Positions 8,814-19,488 are shown, numbered from the whole stretch's first letter. The stretch: 61,476 bases of DNA, filler included, from Chloroflexota bacterium (GCA_043754535.1; 4 parts of 4 records of this genome joined end to end with filler, not necessarily neighbours in it); one strand, 5' to 3'. Notes: generated from the letters alone by a model not told the origin. A program made the numbers and translations.

Positions 8814-10292
8814 ATGACAGACGAGATTAGCCGTATTCGCCAGCGAGGGATCAAGCTGGTTCTATGGATCTTTAATTTCCTAGTATGTGCCTGTGCTCTG
8901 TATGAGCTAGCTCAACCTCAATCAAACATACAGCTTGCTTTTGGCATCCTGTTTCTGCTGCTAGGCATTATCTGCCTTGCGCTCACCTATCTCAACCGGT
9001 TGCGACTAACCAGTTACATCCTTTTGTTTGTCATTATGCTCGGTGCTGGCGTAAGTATAGCCGTAGCTGGCCCCTTTACGGGCGTGTCTCTGATCGTGTT
9101 TGTTATGATCCCCGTAGCCTCGCTTCTATTTAGCGCGCGGGCATCGTTGATCGTCGCCGCTGTCGCCATTATTGACGTGACAGTGTGCAGTGCAATCTAC
9201 TATTTTGTCATTGAACCCACAGCATACAGAGAAGGCTTGCCGGGCAAAAGTGCAGCTATGCTGATCGGGCTTACGTTCCTTACTGTGTCAGTATGGAGCG
9301 CAGGGGTGATCAGCGAGACAGCGAACCGTATTAGTAGCAGGCGCACTCACGAACTGGAGGCTGCGCTTGCTCAGGTACTCAGCAAGCACTCATTGGAGGA
9401 GCAGACCAGCACGGCTATCCTCAAGGTGACGGGCGGGCTGAATGAAGTTAGCGGTTATCAGCTTGCCAGCGCGAATGAGCAGGCGGTTGCGCTCTCCCAG
9501 GTGACGACCACGATTGAGGAGTTGTCGCAGACGGCCCTCCAGATCGCCGAGTCTGCCGCCAGCCTTGACAACAACGCCGAGCAGACCTTGCAGGCTGTCT
9601 CCAACTCGCAGGCAGCAGTAAATGACAGCTTGCAGGCGATGGTGCAGATCAGAGCGCAGGTGCAGCAGATAGTAGAGCGCACCATCGCCCTCAACGAGCG
9701 CATCCAGCGGATCAGCGAAGTGGTAGGGGTAGTATCACGCGTCGCGGCTGAGATTCACTTGCTGGCCCTCAATGCAGCAATCGAGGCAGCCGGGGCGGGC
9801 GAGGCAGGCGAACGCTTTGCCGTGGTCGCCGGTGAGGTAAAGAAGTTGGCTCGTAGGGCGCAGGAGCAGGCGGCGGGCATTCGTGGATTGGTAATCGAGG
9901 TGCAAAGGGCGAACTCGGCCAGTGTGATGGCGACCGAGCAAGGTCTGAAGGACTCCGACAAGGGGGCAGAGCAGGCCCGCATCGCCAGCGAAGCAAACAT
10001 TGAGGTGATCGACCTGGTGGGCAGCACTACTGCTCGCACACGGGCGATCACCCTTGCCACCCAGCAGCAACGCAGTGCTAGCCAGCAGGTGGTGGAGACG
10101 ATGCGGAGTCTGCAAGTGGCGGCAGCAGGGGTTGCCACTGCCAGCGGTCAGATTGCGGCGATGGCTTTGGAACTACGCGCCCTTGCCACCCAGCCGCAGC
10201 CTGATCTGGGGCAGGAGATAGCTGCCTTGCCTGCGCCGAACCCCACTCGTGGCGGTCGCCCAACCAGTGAACTAAGCCTGCAATCCAGCTAA
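8814..10292 (+). CDS. Methyl-accepting chemotaxis-like protein with multi-TM sensor
   Basis: IHLLALNAAIEAAGAGEAGERFAVVAGEVKKLA hairpin tip; 5-6 N-terminal TM helices; ATG 8814 with GAAGGA/GAGG RBS. Confidence 0.93.
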   Translation: MTDEISRIRQRGIKLVLWIFNFLVCACALYELAQPQSNIQLAFGILFLLLGIICLALTYLNRLRLTSYILLFVIMLGAGVSIAVAGPFTGVSLIVFVMIPVASLLFSARASLIVAAVAIIDVTVCSAIYYFVIEPTAYREGLPGKSAAMLIGLTFLTVSVWSAGVISETANRISSRRTHELEAALAQVLSKHSLEEQTSTAILKVTGGLNEVSGYQLASANEQAVALSQVTTTIEELSQTALQIAESAASLDNNAEQTLQAVSNSQAAVNDSLQAMVQIRAQVQQIVERTIALNERIQRISEVVGVVSRVAAEIHLLALNAAIEAAGAGEAGERFAVVAGEVKKLARRAQEQAAGIRGLVIEVQRANSASVMATEQGLKDSDKGAEQARIASEANIEVIDLVGSTTARTRAITLATQQQRSASQQVVETMRSLQVAAAGVATASGQIAAMALELRALATQPQPDLGQEIAALPAPNPTRGGRPTSELSLQSS

Positions 10293-10335
10293 CCACCCCA
10301 CCCAACCTCTCTAGCAGGCCAGACCCAACCCCCTG

Positions 10336-11664
10336 CTACTCCTCGATCTTGCCTCGGCTGAGACTGAAGGAGGAGAGCAGCGCGAGGAAGCCAAACATGG
10401 TGGCGAGGATGAAGACGAACTGGTAGCCAAACCAGTCGATCAAGCTGCCACCGAGGACGGGGAAGAAGGTGAAGATGCCGAGGATGGTGTTCAGGTAGCC
10501 GATATATTCGCTGCGGCTGGCGGCGGGTGCAATGTTGAGCAGCACATTGAGGTTGACGATGTTGGCCGCCCCCGCTGCGATGCCGCTGAAGATGAAGACC
10601 GCCGCGAAGGCGGTTGCCACCGCTTGCCCGCTGACCAGCAAGGGGATCAGCAGCGCACTGGTCGGCACCACCGCGACCGAGAGGGCGGTCAGGATCATCA
10701 TCCGACGGTTGCCCCCGAAGTCGGCCAGCGGCGACCAGATCAGGTTGCTGAAGATGCTGGCGATGGTTAGGGCGGCGATGTAGAGAGCGGCGATGCTGTC
10801 GGCGGCCCCCAGACTGCGCGTGGCATAGACGATATAGAAGGGGTCGGCGATGGCCGAGAGGGCCAGCAGGATGCGGGCTAGCAGGAAGTAGCGGTAGTTG
10901 CGGTCGGCGCGCAGGTTGCCAGGGCCGCGCCGCAACATCTGTAGCACACTGAGTGGCTGTGGCACACTGGTTTGCGCTGGCTCGCGGATCAGCACCCAGG
11001 AGATGATCCCGCCGATGATCAGCACGGTAGTGATCGCAAAGATGATCGCAAAGTTGAGGGGGAAGGCTAGCGGACTACCCACACGGTTGCCTTCATCCAA
11101 CAGCAGCTTGATGATGCCGCTAGCAGCCAGGGCCAGCAGGCCGCCGCTGAAGTTCCGCAGCCCGAAGAACAGACCGCGCCGCCGGGGAGGGATTACCTTG
11201 CCCACCATGGCGATCCAGGGGATAGCTGAGACCCCTGCCGCCAGTGAAGTGACGATATAGAACAGGTAAAAGAGCAGCAGCAACAGCGTGTAGTTGGCCC
11301 CGTCGCCTGCCAGGAACAGCGTGCTGAGGGTAATCAGCACGAAGCTGGTAATACGGATTACCCCACTGGTTGCGTACCAACGCATTACTAGCGGTTGGGC
11401 CTGCGCCCGCCCAGCAACGAACAGTTGTGGCAGCAGGTAGGAGCCAGTGGTGATCGCCGGGATCAGGCCAACCAGGATATTGCCACCGCCCAGCCTGCTG
11501 ACAAATAGAGCAAGGACGAGGGTTGGCGAGATGAAGGCGGTGACCAGGTTGAAGAAGGTGCCGTTCAGCACACCGAGGCTGAAGTTACGCCGTACCTCCC
11601 GCTGCGACAGGCGCGCGGGGGGCGGCGGGGTGGGTTGCTCGTTTTTCTCCGCAGCGTCAGCCAT
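10336..11664 (-). CDS. MFS transporter
   Basis: About 12 TM helices; PPRRRGLFFGLR, LADFGGNRR loops. Confidence 0.88.
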   Translation of the reverse strand: MADAAEKNEQPTPPPPARLSQREVRRNFSLGVLNGTFFNLVTAFISPTLVLALFVSRLGGGNILVGLIPAITTGSYLLPQLFVAGRAQAQPLVMRWYATSGVIRITSFVLITLSTLFLAGDGANYTLLLLLFYLFYIVTSLAAGVSAIPWIAMVGKVIPPRRRGLFFGLRNFSGGLLALAASGIIKLLLDEGNRVGSPLAFPLNFAIIFAITTVLIIGGIISWVLIREPAQTSVPQPLSVLQMLRRGPGNLRADRNYRYFLLARILLALSAIADPFYIVYATRSLGAADSIAALYIAALTIASIFSNLIWSPLADFGGNRRMMILTALSVAVVPTSALLIPLLVSGQAVATAFAAVFIFSGIAAGAANIVNLNVLLNIAPAASRSEYIGYLNTILGIFTFFPVLGGSLIDWFGYQFVFILATMFGFLALLSSFSLSRGKIEE

Positions 11665-12056
11665 TACTCACCCGCTGGTGCGATCTCGATGTAGTCCCGC
11701 TTGAGCATTTCGCCGCCACCCATGCGGGCCATCAACTGGGTGCGCTGTTCGCCATACTTATGCTGGATGATCTCCTCGGCCATGCGCTGCTCTACCTCGT
11801 CCAAGACGCGGGCGTACCCAGCCACTTCGGGGCCAGTCGGGTTGCCGCTGCGGTCGCTGGCGGCCAACGTCACTGCACTGCTGTTGCGAATGCGCTTGAT
11901 CTTGCCCGCACCGAGCATCGTCTGCACATAGAGCCTGCCCGCGTGATAGGCGAACCAGACGGCGGTGTGAACTGGCTCACCGCTGCGTCGGTAGGTACTC
12001 AGGCGGATAAATTGCTCCGCTTCGAGGGCGGCGAAGTTGTCATGCTGCTCGTTCAA
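11664..12056 (-). CDS. PPOX-class F420-dependent oxidoreductase
   Basis: LSTYRRSGEPVHTAVWF, GKIKRIRN motifs. Confidence 0.9.
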   Translation of the reverse strand: MNEQHDNFAALEAEQFIRLSTYRRSGEPVHTAVWFAYHAGRLYVQTMLGAGKIKRIRNSSAVTLAASDRSGNPTGPEVAGYARVLDEVEQRMAEEIIQHKYGEQRTQLMARMGGGEMLKRDYIEIAPAGE

Positions 12057-12088
12057 TCGTTCTCTCCGTGTTGGTTTGGTTGCGCCTT

Positions 12089-12117
12089 ATTCTAGCCGTT
12101 TGCTGCCACTCTGTCAA
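12089..12117 (-). promoter_or_regulatory. Sigma70-type promoter for PPOX-MFS genes
   Basis: TTGACA-17 nt-TAGAAT. Confidence 0.7.
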
Positions 12118-12199
12118 CGCCGCAGCCTGCCACAGCCCGGTTGCCGCAGTAAGTAGCAGCTAAGTTGTGCCGCCGCCACTTTGGTCGAACGGCGCAGCC

Positions 12200-13321
12200 C
12201 TACTGCGGCTTGCCCGCATAAGCGGAGTAGACGAGGCCGTTGGGGGCGGTGCCGACCGCGATGGTGGTCAGCAACTTGTTGCTCTGGCCGTCGATCACCG
12301 TCACGCTGTTGTCCTTGACGTTGGTCACGTAGAGATTGCCGTTGTTGGCGGCTACGATGCCGTGCGACTGCTTGCCGACCGTGATACGGTCAACGGGCTT
12401 GCCACTACCGTCCGTCGTGTTATAGACCCACACCTTACCGTCCCCCTCACAAGCGACGTAGAGACTGCCCTTGCTGTCCAGCCAGATCATAGCGGGCTGA
12501 TTGCCGGTGCGCCACAAGCCGCGCTGGGGCAGGCGGGCATGGCTGGCGGTGTCGATCAGCGACAGGCTGCCGCCGAGGAAGTTGCTGACGTAGAGGCGGC
12601 TGCTGTCTGCACTGAAGTTTAGCTCGAAGGGGTTGGCCGCCCCGACCGCGATGGTAGCAACTACCTTGCGCGTCGCTACCTCTACCGCCGTCACCGTATT
12701 ATCGCTCGTGCTGGTGACGTAGACCTCCTTGCCATCGGGCCGCACCCGCACCCCATGTGGCACCTTGCCCACCGCGAGCTTCTCGATCACCTTGTAGCTG
12801 CTGGCTTCGACCGCCAACAGCTTGTTATCTTGCCCCATGCTGACGAATACGTACTTGCCGTCGGGGGTGAAGGCGAGGTCGTCGGTCTGGCCGTCGCTCG
12901 CGATCTTCGCCAGTGGCGTGCCGTTGCTGACGCAGAAGACCTGCAAGAACTTCTCGCCATAGAGCGTAACCCACAGTTCGCGGTTGTCGGGGCTGACCGC
13001 GACATGGTGAGGGCCACGCCCGGTGGAGATAGCGTTGAACCGCTGGTTGCTAGCTACGTCGATCACGCTCACGGTGTCGCCAAGCTGGTCAGCAACAAAG
13101 ATGCGACCCTGTGGGGTGTAGTGGATTGCGGCGGCGGCGCGGCTAGCTAGCTGGCTAGCATCTGGCCCTGCCGCGCAGGGGTCGCCACTGCTGGGCTGGC
13201 TCTGCAAGGCAAGTGACTGCCCCCCATCGTCGCCGCAGCCCGCCAGCGTAAGGCAGAGCAGGGCCAAGACAAACAGATCGCTAAGATAACTTGCCAAAAC
13301 GTTTACCTTTGTCATCAACAA
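12200..13321 (-). CDS. YVTN/YncE-family beta-propeller lipoprotein
   Basis: LAGC lipobox; repeats VGKVPHGV..PDGKEVYVT, LYVTN..DNSVTVID. Confidence 0.88.
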   Translation of the reverse strand: MLMTKVNVLASYLSDLFVLALLCLTLAGCGDDGGQSLALQSQPSSGDPCAAGPDASQLASRAAAAIHYTPQGRIFVADQLGDTVSVIDVASNQRFNAISTGRGPHHVAVSPDNRELWVTLYGEKFLQVFCVSNGTPLAKIASDGQTDDLAFTPDGKYVFVSMGQDNKLLAVEASSYKVIEKLAVGKVPHGVRVRPDGKEVYVTSTSDNTVTAVEVATRKVVATIAVGAANPFELNFSADSSRLYVSNFLGGSLSLIDTASHARLPQRGLWRTGNQPAMIWLDSKGSLYVACEGDGKVWVYNTTDGSGKPVDRITVGKQSHGIVAANNGNLYVTNVKDNSVTVIDGQSNKLLTTIAVGTAPNGLVYSAYAGKPQ

Positions 13322-13354
13322 TCCTCATTCTAACAACTCTGGAGGCCAAATCCG

Positions 13355-15743
13355 TCAGGGCTTCGGGGTAAAGTTGGGGGTGGGGTAGGGAGTGAGGTCC
13401 AGGTCGGACTTCTCCACGTCGAGCGAGGTTTCCACCAACAGTGGCTCGTGGCCGGGGCGGGTTACGCTCAGGTCGAAGGCCCAGCCGCCGCCCATCCTCA
13501 GCAGCAGCGGCCCAGCGTAGCTGCCGTCACCGACGAACTTCGCGGCCAGGGGGTCGGCGAGGTGGCCGTGGGCCGCCATAATACCCTGCACGTTCACCGT
13601 CGCGTCGTTGATCGGCTGGCCTGCATGGTCGCTCAGGCGGAAGCGGAGGTTGACTAGGCCAGAGCGGGCAGGGTCGGGGTCGGTGGTGATCGCGACGTTG
13701 AGCAGTTCGCCCACCTTGCCGCGCAAACTGCCGCCCGCGAGGGTGTAGCGAAAGGCGGCCTTCACATCCTGCGGCTGGTTGTAGCGGCGGAAGACCGCGA
13801 CGATCTGGTAGTTGCCGTCCAGATTGAGGTAGGGGGCGGGCGGTACGACGAAGCTGCCCCCGGTTTGTGCCTCGGCCAACAGGCGGTCGCTAGTGCTATC
13901 CTCAAGTTGGGTGAGGACGAGGGCAGCGTTCAACACACAGTTTGCCCCAGGAGTGGGCGTAGCAGCACAAGGCAGGAGGGGGCCGCTCGCATCAGCGAGG
14001 TGAGCAATCAACAGGTCATCGTCGGCATGGCTGAGGCTGAGGGTGACGGTGAGGCCGCGCACCTGCTGGCTGATCGTCAGCGGGGGGCTGGCAACTACCG
14101 TGGGGCCGCTGGCAAACAGGTCAACCGTTGGCATGGGCTGCTGCGGCTGTGGTCTGCTTGCAGTGGCACTTGCCAGCGGGCTGGGCGCGCGAGCTAGAGC
14201 GGTCGGTTGGATGGCAGCAGCAGCAGCGGTTGGCTGCTCGCCACTCGGCGCGGAGAGGGTGAGGTAGGCGGAGGCGACTAGTACGACGCTGAGTAGCACC
14301 GCTTCGATCCGCACGCTGCGACGAAAGGCAGCAACGATGCGGCTGAAGCCAGACGCTGCGTTCTCCTCTGCGCGCTCCTGCACAGATGAGCTTGCAGCCA
14401 GGCGCGGTGTCACCCGCAACAGATTGAACGCGCCCAGGGCCAGCAGGGGTAGCAGCAGCAGCACCTTGAGCAAGATCGCCCGCCCGTAATCGCTGTTGAT
14501 CGTGCTAGCCAGGGTGGGGCGGTGCGCCAGATAGCTGGCCGTGCCGCTGACCGCCAGCACCACCACGCTGACCACTGCTAGCTGGCTGAAGCGGCGGATA
14601 GTGGGGCGCAGCAGGAGCGGACGGTGGGCCGCAGCCAGCAACCGCTGCTGGGGCAAAAGCACAAAGACAAAGGCGAAGATGCCGCCGACCCAGAAGGCCG
14701 TTGCCAGCAGGTGGCTGAGGTCGGCCAGTGGTGCAATCTGCTGCACCAGGCTCCCGCCCGCCTCCTTGCTGGCTGCCGCCGCGTGGCCGCTGAGGGACAG
14801 CGCGAGATAGTAGCTGCTACCCAGCAGCACGAGGGCGGCCCACAACCAACGGCGGTAGCTGCCGAGGGCATAGCTGATCAGCAGCAGGGCTACCATCGCT
14901 AGCGCAGCAGCAAAGCGCAACTTGAAGTAGAGGCCGAAGTCGCTGCTGAGAAGCGCGTTGACCACGTTGAGGTTGCCCAGCACCGCCCCCACGCTACTCT
15001 CCGTCGCCCGCGCTCCTTGCATCAGCAATTCGGCCAGCAGGCTGAGGACTAGCAGGCCACCAGCCAGCAGTCCCAACGTCCCGAAGCGGCGGCTGAGGCG
15101 GCGGCCAGTCGCCGTCTGTTCGCTCACTGGCAACCCAGCCACCCCACTTGGCTGCACAAACAGGGCGAAAGCAGCTCCACCCACGAGGATCGCCGCCAGC
15201 AGGAAGCTAAACCAGCGCACTGCCACATCGAGCGGGGTCGCCTGCTGCGTCTCCTCGCTGCCGCTACCATCGCCAGTGGTGGCCGCTGCGTCGGTTGGCT
15301 GCTCGCTGGCAGGTGGGTCGGCGGTCGCCTGCGCCGTGGTCAGTGGGGCTGTGGCGGTCAGCGGTTGGCTTGCCCCAGTCACGGCAGTCGGCTCTGCACC
15401 GAGGATGCGGAAGGGGATGCTGCCCCGCGTCAGATGGCCGTCCAGGGCAGAGACGACCTTCCACTGCACAGTATATGCGCCGGGCGGCAGGTTCGGCTGG
15501 GCAAAGATTGATACCTTGTCGCCTTCGATCAACGGCGGGTGGTCAAGCTCAAAGTGCGTGCGGCTACGGTCGAGCAGGGCGAAGGTGCTGAACTCCGGCT
15601 CTGCGCCCTCGCTGAAGGTGATCACGATCCGCTCTGGCGACTGCGCCAGCCGCGCTCCTGCCGCTGGGGTCGAACCCGTCAGCCGCGAGTGCGCCAAACT
15701 AACCCCGCTGACTGCGAAGCTGAGCAGCAGAGCGGCCAAGAGG
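13355..15743 (-). CDS. CopC-CopD fusion copper uptake/resistance protein with C-terminal FixH/YtkA-like domain (5' truncated by contig end)
   Basis: AHSRLTGSTP, WKVVSALDGHLTRG (CopC); LSGHAA, HLLATAFWVGG, YGRAILLK (CopD); MAAHGH...MGGGW (YtkA). Confidence 0.92.
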
Positions 15744-15843
15744 NNNNNNNNNNNNNNNNNNNNNNNNNNNNNNNNNNNNNNNNNNNNTTAATTAATTAAN
15801 NNNNNNNNNNNNNNNNNNNNNNNNNNNNNNNNNNNNNNNNNNN
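15744..15843. other. Artificial contig linker
   Basis: N44-TTAATTAATTAA-N44; identical 100 bp spacer occurs three times. Confidence 0.98.
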
Positions 15844-15962
15844 AGTTGTTGAGCAACGAGCAGGCCACCAGCTAGCAGCAATGCGCCAATGAGGAGACGA
15901 GGGAGCAGCCGACGCGAACGCTGGGTTGGTCTGCTGTCTAGCTTGGTGCGTGGTACATACAT
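15844..15962 (-). CDS. N-terminus of a secreted protein, truncated at contig end
   Basis: GGAG RBS then MYVPRTKLDSRPTQRSRRLLPRLLIGALLLAGGLLVAQQ (signal-peptide-like). Confidence 0.55.
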
Positions 15963-16031
15963 AGTGTCCGCTCCTTATGGCAGTTGTGTGTGGCTCAAGG
16001 GTACAGCTTTACTCAACTTGCCTCAGCCGTG

Positions 16032-17003
16032 TTAAGGTTCGATCACTCGCCAGCTGCCACTTGTGTAATGAAGTACAACACCAGCTCCCGCTGCCCAACC
16101 TTCGTCCCTGGAGAGCATCCACACACTAGCCAGGTTTTGAGTGGTAGGACTACTTACCTTCGACCACTGACCATTGCTGTAGTGCAGCATAATACTGCTA
16201 CTGCTGTACACACCACCCACTGCCCAGCCTTCATCGGCTGATGACATATAGATGGAGTACAAGTCTCCATAGCCACTATTACTAACATCCTGCCAGCTGC
16301 CATCGTGATAATGTAGCATGCTACCACCCGTGCCTACCGCCCACCCTTCTCCAACTGAGGTCATGAACACGCTACGCAGTTGCATATTCGCATTAACCTG
16401 TTCCCAGCTACCATTCTGGTAGTGGTACATTCTGCTACCTACTGCCCAGCCTTCCTCAGCAGAGAGCATGAACACGTCATTCAAGCCCACGTTGCTCAAG
16501 CTCGTGACCTCCGTCCAAGTGCCATTCATGTAGTGCGCACTTATGTCTCCTACTGCCCACCCCTCTGTGGCGGATACTAGCTGAACCCCGTACATAGGTT
16601 TATAGGACAACGAGAAGCCGCCAACCCTGCCACCGTCCTTCCAACAGCCATTGATGTAGTGGAAGAAGTGCTGGCGACCAACTGCCCAGCCCTCATCAGC
16701 GGAGAGCATGTGGATGCGGTACAAGCCCAACTGTACCGGTGTACGCAAGCGGCTCCATTGTCCATCCTTGTAATGTAGAAAATAGTTCCCATTGCCCTGG
16801 CTAGCCATAGCCCAACCCTCATCAGCGGAGAGCAACTGGAGGCTTGCGATACCATAGCCGCTAAAACTGCTGACTGGTTGTGCTTCAGACTTAACACACA
16901 ATTGTGTACTGCCTGCTCGATCAGCATTAACTACCAAGCCACAAGATACAGCAGCGAGAACCAGTGTTAGCCCGACCACAGTAGCCAACCATCGTCTATT
17001 CAT
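16032..17003 (-). CDS. Membrane-anchored/secreted beta-propeller protein (YCF48/BNR-like GWAVG repeats)
   Basis: Seven repeats of MLSADEGWAVG...HY..G.W; N-terminal hydrophobic segment. Confidence 0.8.
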   Translation of the reverse strand: MNRRWLATVVGLTLVLAAVSCGLVVNADRAGSTQLCVKSEAQPVSSFSGYGIASLQLLSADEGWAMASQGNGNYFLHYKDGQWSRLRTPVQLGLYRIHMLSADEGWAVGRQHFFHYINGCWKDGGRVGGFSLSYKPMYGVQLVSATEGWAVGDISAHYMNGTWTEVTSLSNVGLNDVFMLSAEEGWAVGSRMYHYQNGSWEQVNANMQLRSVFMTSVGEGWAVGTGGSMLHYHDGSWQDVSNSGYGDLYSIYMSSADEGWAVGGVYSSSSIMLHYSNGQWSKVSSPTTQNLASVWMLSRDEGWAAGAGVVLHYTSGSWRVIEP

Positions 17004-17119
17004 AAGTTCTTCCCTTCAACGTTCGTGAACATCTCCACTCCATAGCTTATGGCTTTGCTCAACTTGGCTCGGCTGAGACTGGTTTTGAGCCGCTACTATG
17101 GCTTCTTGTCGCTCTCTGT

Positions 17120-18136
17120 TCAGTTGGGCTGTGGCTCAATCACTCGCCAGCTGCCATCATGGTAGTGCAGCACCACCTCAAATCCACTAGCCCAGCCCTC
17201 GTCTCGTGACACCATGAACACGCTAGTTAGTGGCTGGGAACTGGGAGCGGTTGTACTTAGCCACTGCCCTTTTACATAGTGCAGCATTACACTGACTGGC
17301 CCGCTTAGCCCGCCGCCACCGCCCACCGCCCAGCCTTCATCGGCGGAGACCATGGACACGCTGTACACAGGGCTGTCTGCTGGTACTTGGCTTGCCGTCC
17401 AGCTGCCATCTTTGTACTCGGCTATCCTGTCCGCCTCCCCTACCGCCCAGCCCTGCTCCGCTGACACCATGAAAACACTTCTTGCCTTGACTGCACCACG
17501 TACTCGTTCCCAGCTACCACCGTGGTAATGGAAGAAGTCCCCACTCCCTACTGCCCAGCCTTCGCTTGCCGAGAGCATAAACACACTGTTGAGGCTAGCG
17601 TCCCTAAGCTCTGCTACCTCTTGCCAACTTTGTCCATCGTAGTGGGCAGGGAAGCTACCCACCGCCCAGCCATCACTAGTGGATACCATGCTGATCCCGA
17701 CGAGGAGCGCACGACCGGGGATTCGTAGGCCGCCAATGCTGCCACCATCTATCCAGCAACCCTGGCTGTAGTGGAAAAACCGCTGGTCAGCGACAGCCCA
17801 GCCCTCGTCAACTGAGAGCATATGCAGACTATTTAGTGGTACTTGGGTGGGAGCATACAAGCTACTCCACTGCCCAGCCTTAAGATGGACAAAGTAGTTG
17901 GAGGCGGAGCCAGTGGAAGAAACGGCCCAGCCTTCGTCGGCAGAAACCATCTGCAAGCTATTGATGGAGTAGTTCTTAAAGCTATGCAGCACACTAGCTT
18001 GCTGAAGACAGACACGCCTAGCAATTACATTCTGCACCGCCGGGAGTCCTGAGAGGTAGACAGCAGCGATGACGGTGACCAGGACAAGGCCAAGAACAAG
18101 GAAGCCTGAGCCACAACCTACCCATGGTTTGTTCAT
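17120..18136 (-). CDS. Paralogous beta-propeller protein (GWAVG repeats)
   Basis: Same repeat pattern and WRVIEP C-terminus as neighbour; ATG 18136 with GGAGG RBS. Confidence 0.8.
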   Translation of the reverse strand: MNKPWVGCGSGFLVLGLVLVTVIAAVYLSGLPAVQNVIARRVCLQQASVLHSFKNYSINSLQMVSADEGWAVSSTGSASNYFVHLKAGQWSSLYAPTQVPLNSLHMLSVDEGWAVADQRFFHYSQGCWIDGGSIGGLRIPGRALLVGISMVSTSDGWAVGSFPAHYDGQSWQEVAELRDASLNSVFMLSASEGWAVGSGDFFHYHGGSWERVRGAVKARSVFMVSAEQGWAVGEADRIAEYKDGSWTASQVPADSPVYSVSMVSADEGWAVGGGGGLSGPVSVMLHYVKGQWLSTTAPSSQPLTSVFMVSRDEGWASGFEVVLHYHDGSWRVIEPQPN

Positions 18137-18392
18137 CTGCTTTTCCTCCATTGGCACCGTCCTCATCTGTTCTCTACAGCGCGCCTGATCAGCTTACTCA
18201 GCTCACCGCGACTAACCAGGTAGTCGGGTCGGTAGCACAGGCTGCTCCGCTGAGGATGCCATGCTGGTAGAGCGTCTCCACATCCCCATAGGCGAAGTAG
18301 TCGCTGGGTACATCGGCGAAAGTTGGACGCGTTGGTGTGTAGATGACCATATTGGCAGCGCGGCGCACTAGCTTTGCCCCTTCACCGCGGCG

Positions 18393-18517
18393 CACCGCCC
18401 AGCCTTCATCAGCGGAGACCATGGATACGCTGTACACAGGGCTGTCTGCTGGTACTTGGCTTGCTGTCCAGCTGCCATCTTTGTACTCGGCTATCCTGTC
18501 CGCCTCCCCTACCGCCC
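18393..18517. repeat. 125 bp direct repeat of 17324-17448
   Basis: 122/125 identical (differences at 18411, 18426, 18465), both ends ACCGCCC. Confidence 0.95.
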
Positions 18518-18518
18518 C

Positions 18519-18845
18519 AACCTGCTCCTTTTCGCCGTCGTCCTGTTCCTCTGGGGTGCGACGAGCGGCGGAATGGGCGTTTCGATGAATGGACAGGCCG
18601 TGGCAGTGGAGAGCGGCTAGGGCAGGTCGATCATGTCGTCGTTCCACGCAGCCTTCAGCATCGGCGCGATGGATGGAGCGGTGTTGGGCGGCCAGATCGC
18701 CACGCTTGGTATCGAGCAGTTCGCGCACATCGCGGCGGTGGCGGCGATGGCGATGCTGATCATCCTCGTTGCTGACCGGGGCTTGCTGCCTGACGCTGGC
18801 AAGACACAAGCGGGTGAGGCTGGCCTAGCCTTCGCCCTACCCGCG
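18519..18845 (+). pseudogene. Internal fragment of an MFS transporter (YbjJ-like)
   Basis: LLLFAVVLFLWGATSGGMGVSMNGQAVAVESG*GRSIMSSFHAAFSIGAM with in-frame TAG, no start or end. Confidence 0.75.
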
Positions 18846-19488
18846 GCGGCGGTGCTGCTGCTCGTGCTTGAGATGCTTGGTTAGCTACGGTAGGCAACAG
18901 GCTGCAGAGGATTGCTACCAAAGTCAAGGTTACAAAACGACGGTAAGCACGCTGCGACATCTTATACACCCCTCTACGATTATTGTTCATCTTGCTCTAT
19001 TCAAATGGGCATCATCGCTGCCCAATCGTGGATTAGATGCGGACGAAAACCAGTTGCGATGTGTACGAGCTACCCTGCTGCTATCATACATTGTATGCTA
19101 GAATAAAGCAACAGTTTTCCTTACCGACTTCTCACCTAATCCTTACCAATCTCGAAGACTGCCGTCCCGCTATGCTTATGATCAGCGCGCTAATCCAGCA
19201 AATGTGTTGTAAGAGAGGTACTTTCTGATCAAGACCAACCGTTGGACACGAGGGCGGCTGTTCGTCAGGCAGATGGGGGTAGTGGCCTGGCTGCTGTTTG
19301 TCTACTGGCAGTTCGACCAGAGCTTCACCGCACCTAGCGGTCTGCTCTAACTCGGCGGCCTCAGCTACAACTCTGGCACTTGGGAGCTGGCTAAGTAGCC
19401 CTCTCCTCCAACTCGCCCGGTACCCTTGCCTTCATCTGGCAGTGGCCGACACTCGGCGGCTTGCTCATCAGGCTGCTTACCACAACAC

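Larger units (their letters stand above)
18198..18960 (-). pseudogene. Mosaic pseudogene: signal peptide + inverted MFS fragment + duplicated propeller blade + SLH fragment
   Basis: MSQRAYRRFVTLTLVAILCSLL signal (18960-18850); SLH piece RRGEGAKLVRRA...PTFADVPSDYFAYGDVETLYQHGILSG (18392-18250). Confidence 0.75.

Noticed and set aside
15744..15843. TTAATTAATTAA palindrome within N runs (also 31273-31372, 46467-46566)
   Set aside because: Identical 100 bp all-frame-stop spacer used to concatenate contigs; not biological, and gene adjacency across it is meaningless
17324..18517. 125 bp repeat pair as DGR template/variable repeat
   Set aside because: Only three differences, all synonymous and not all at adenines on one strand; no reverse transcriptase in the contig piece
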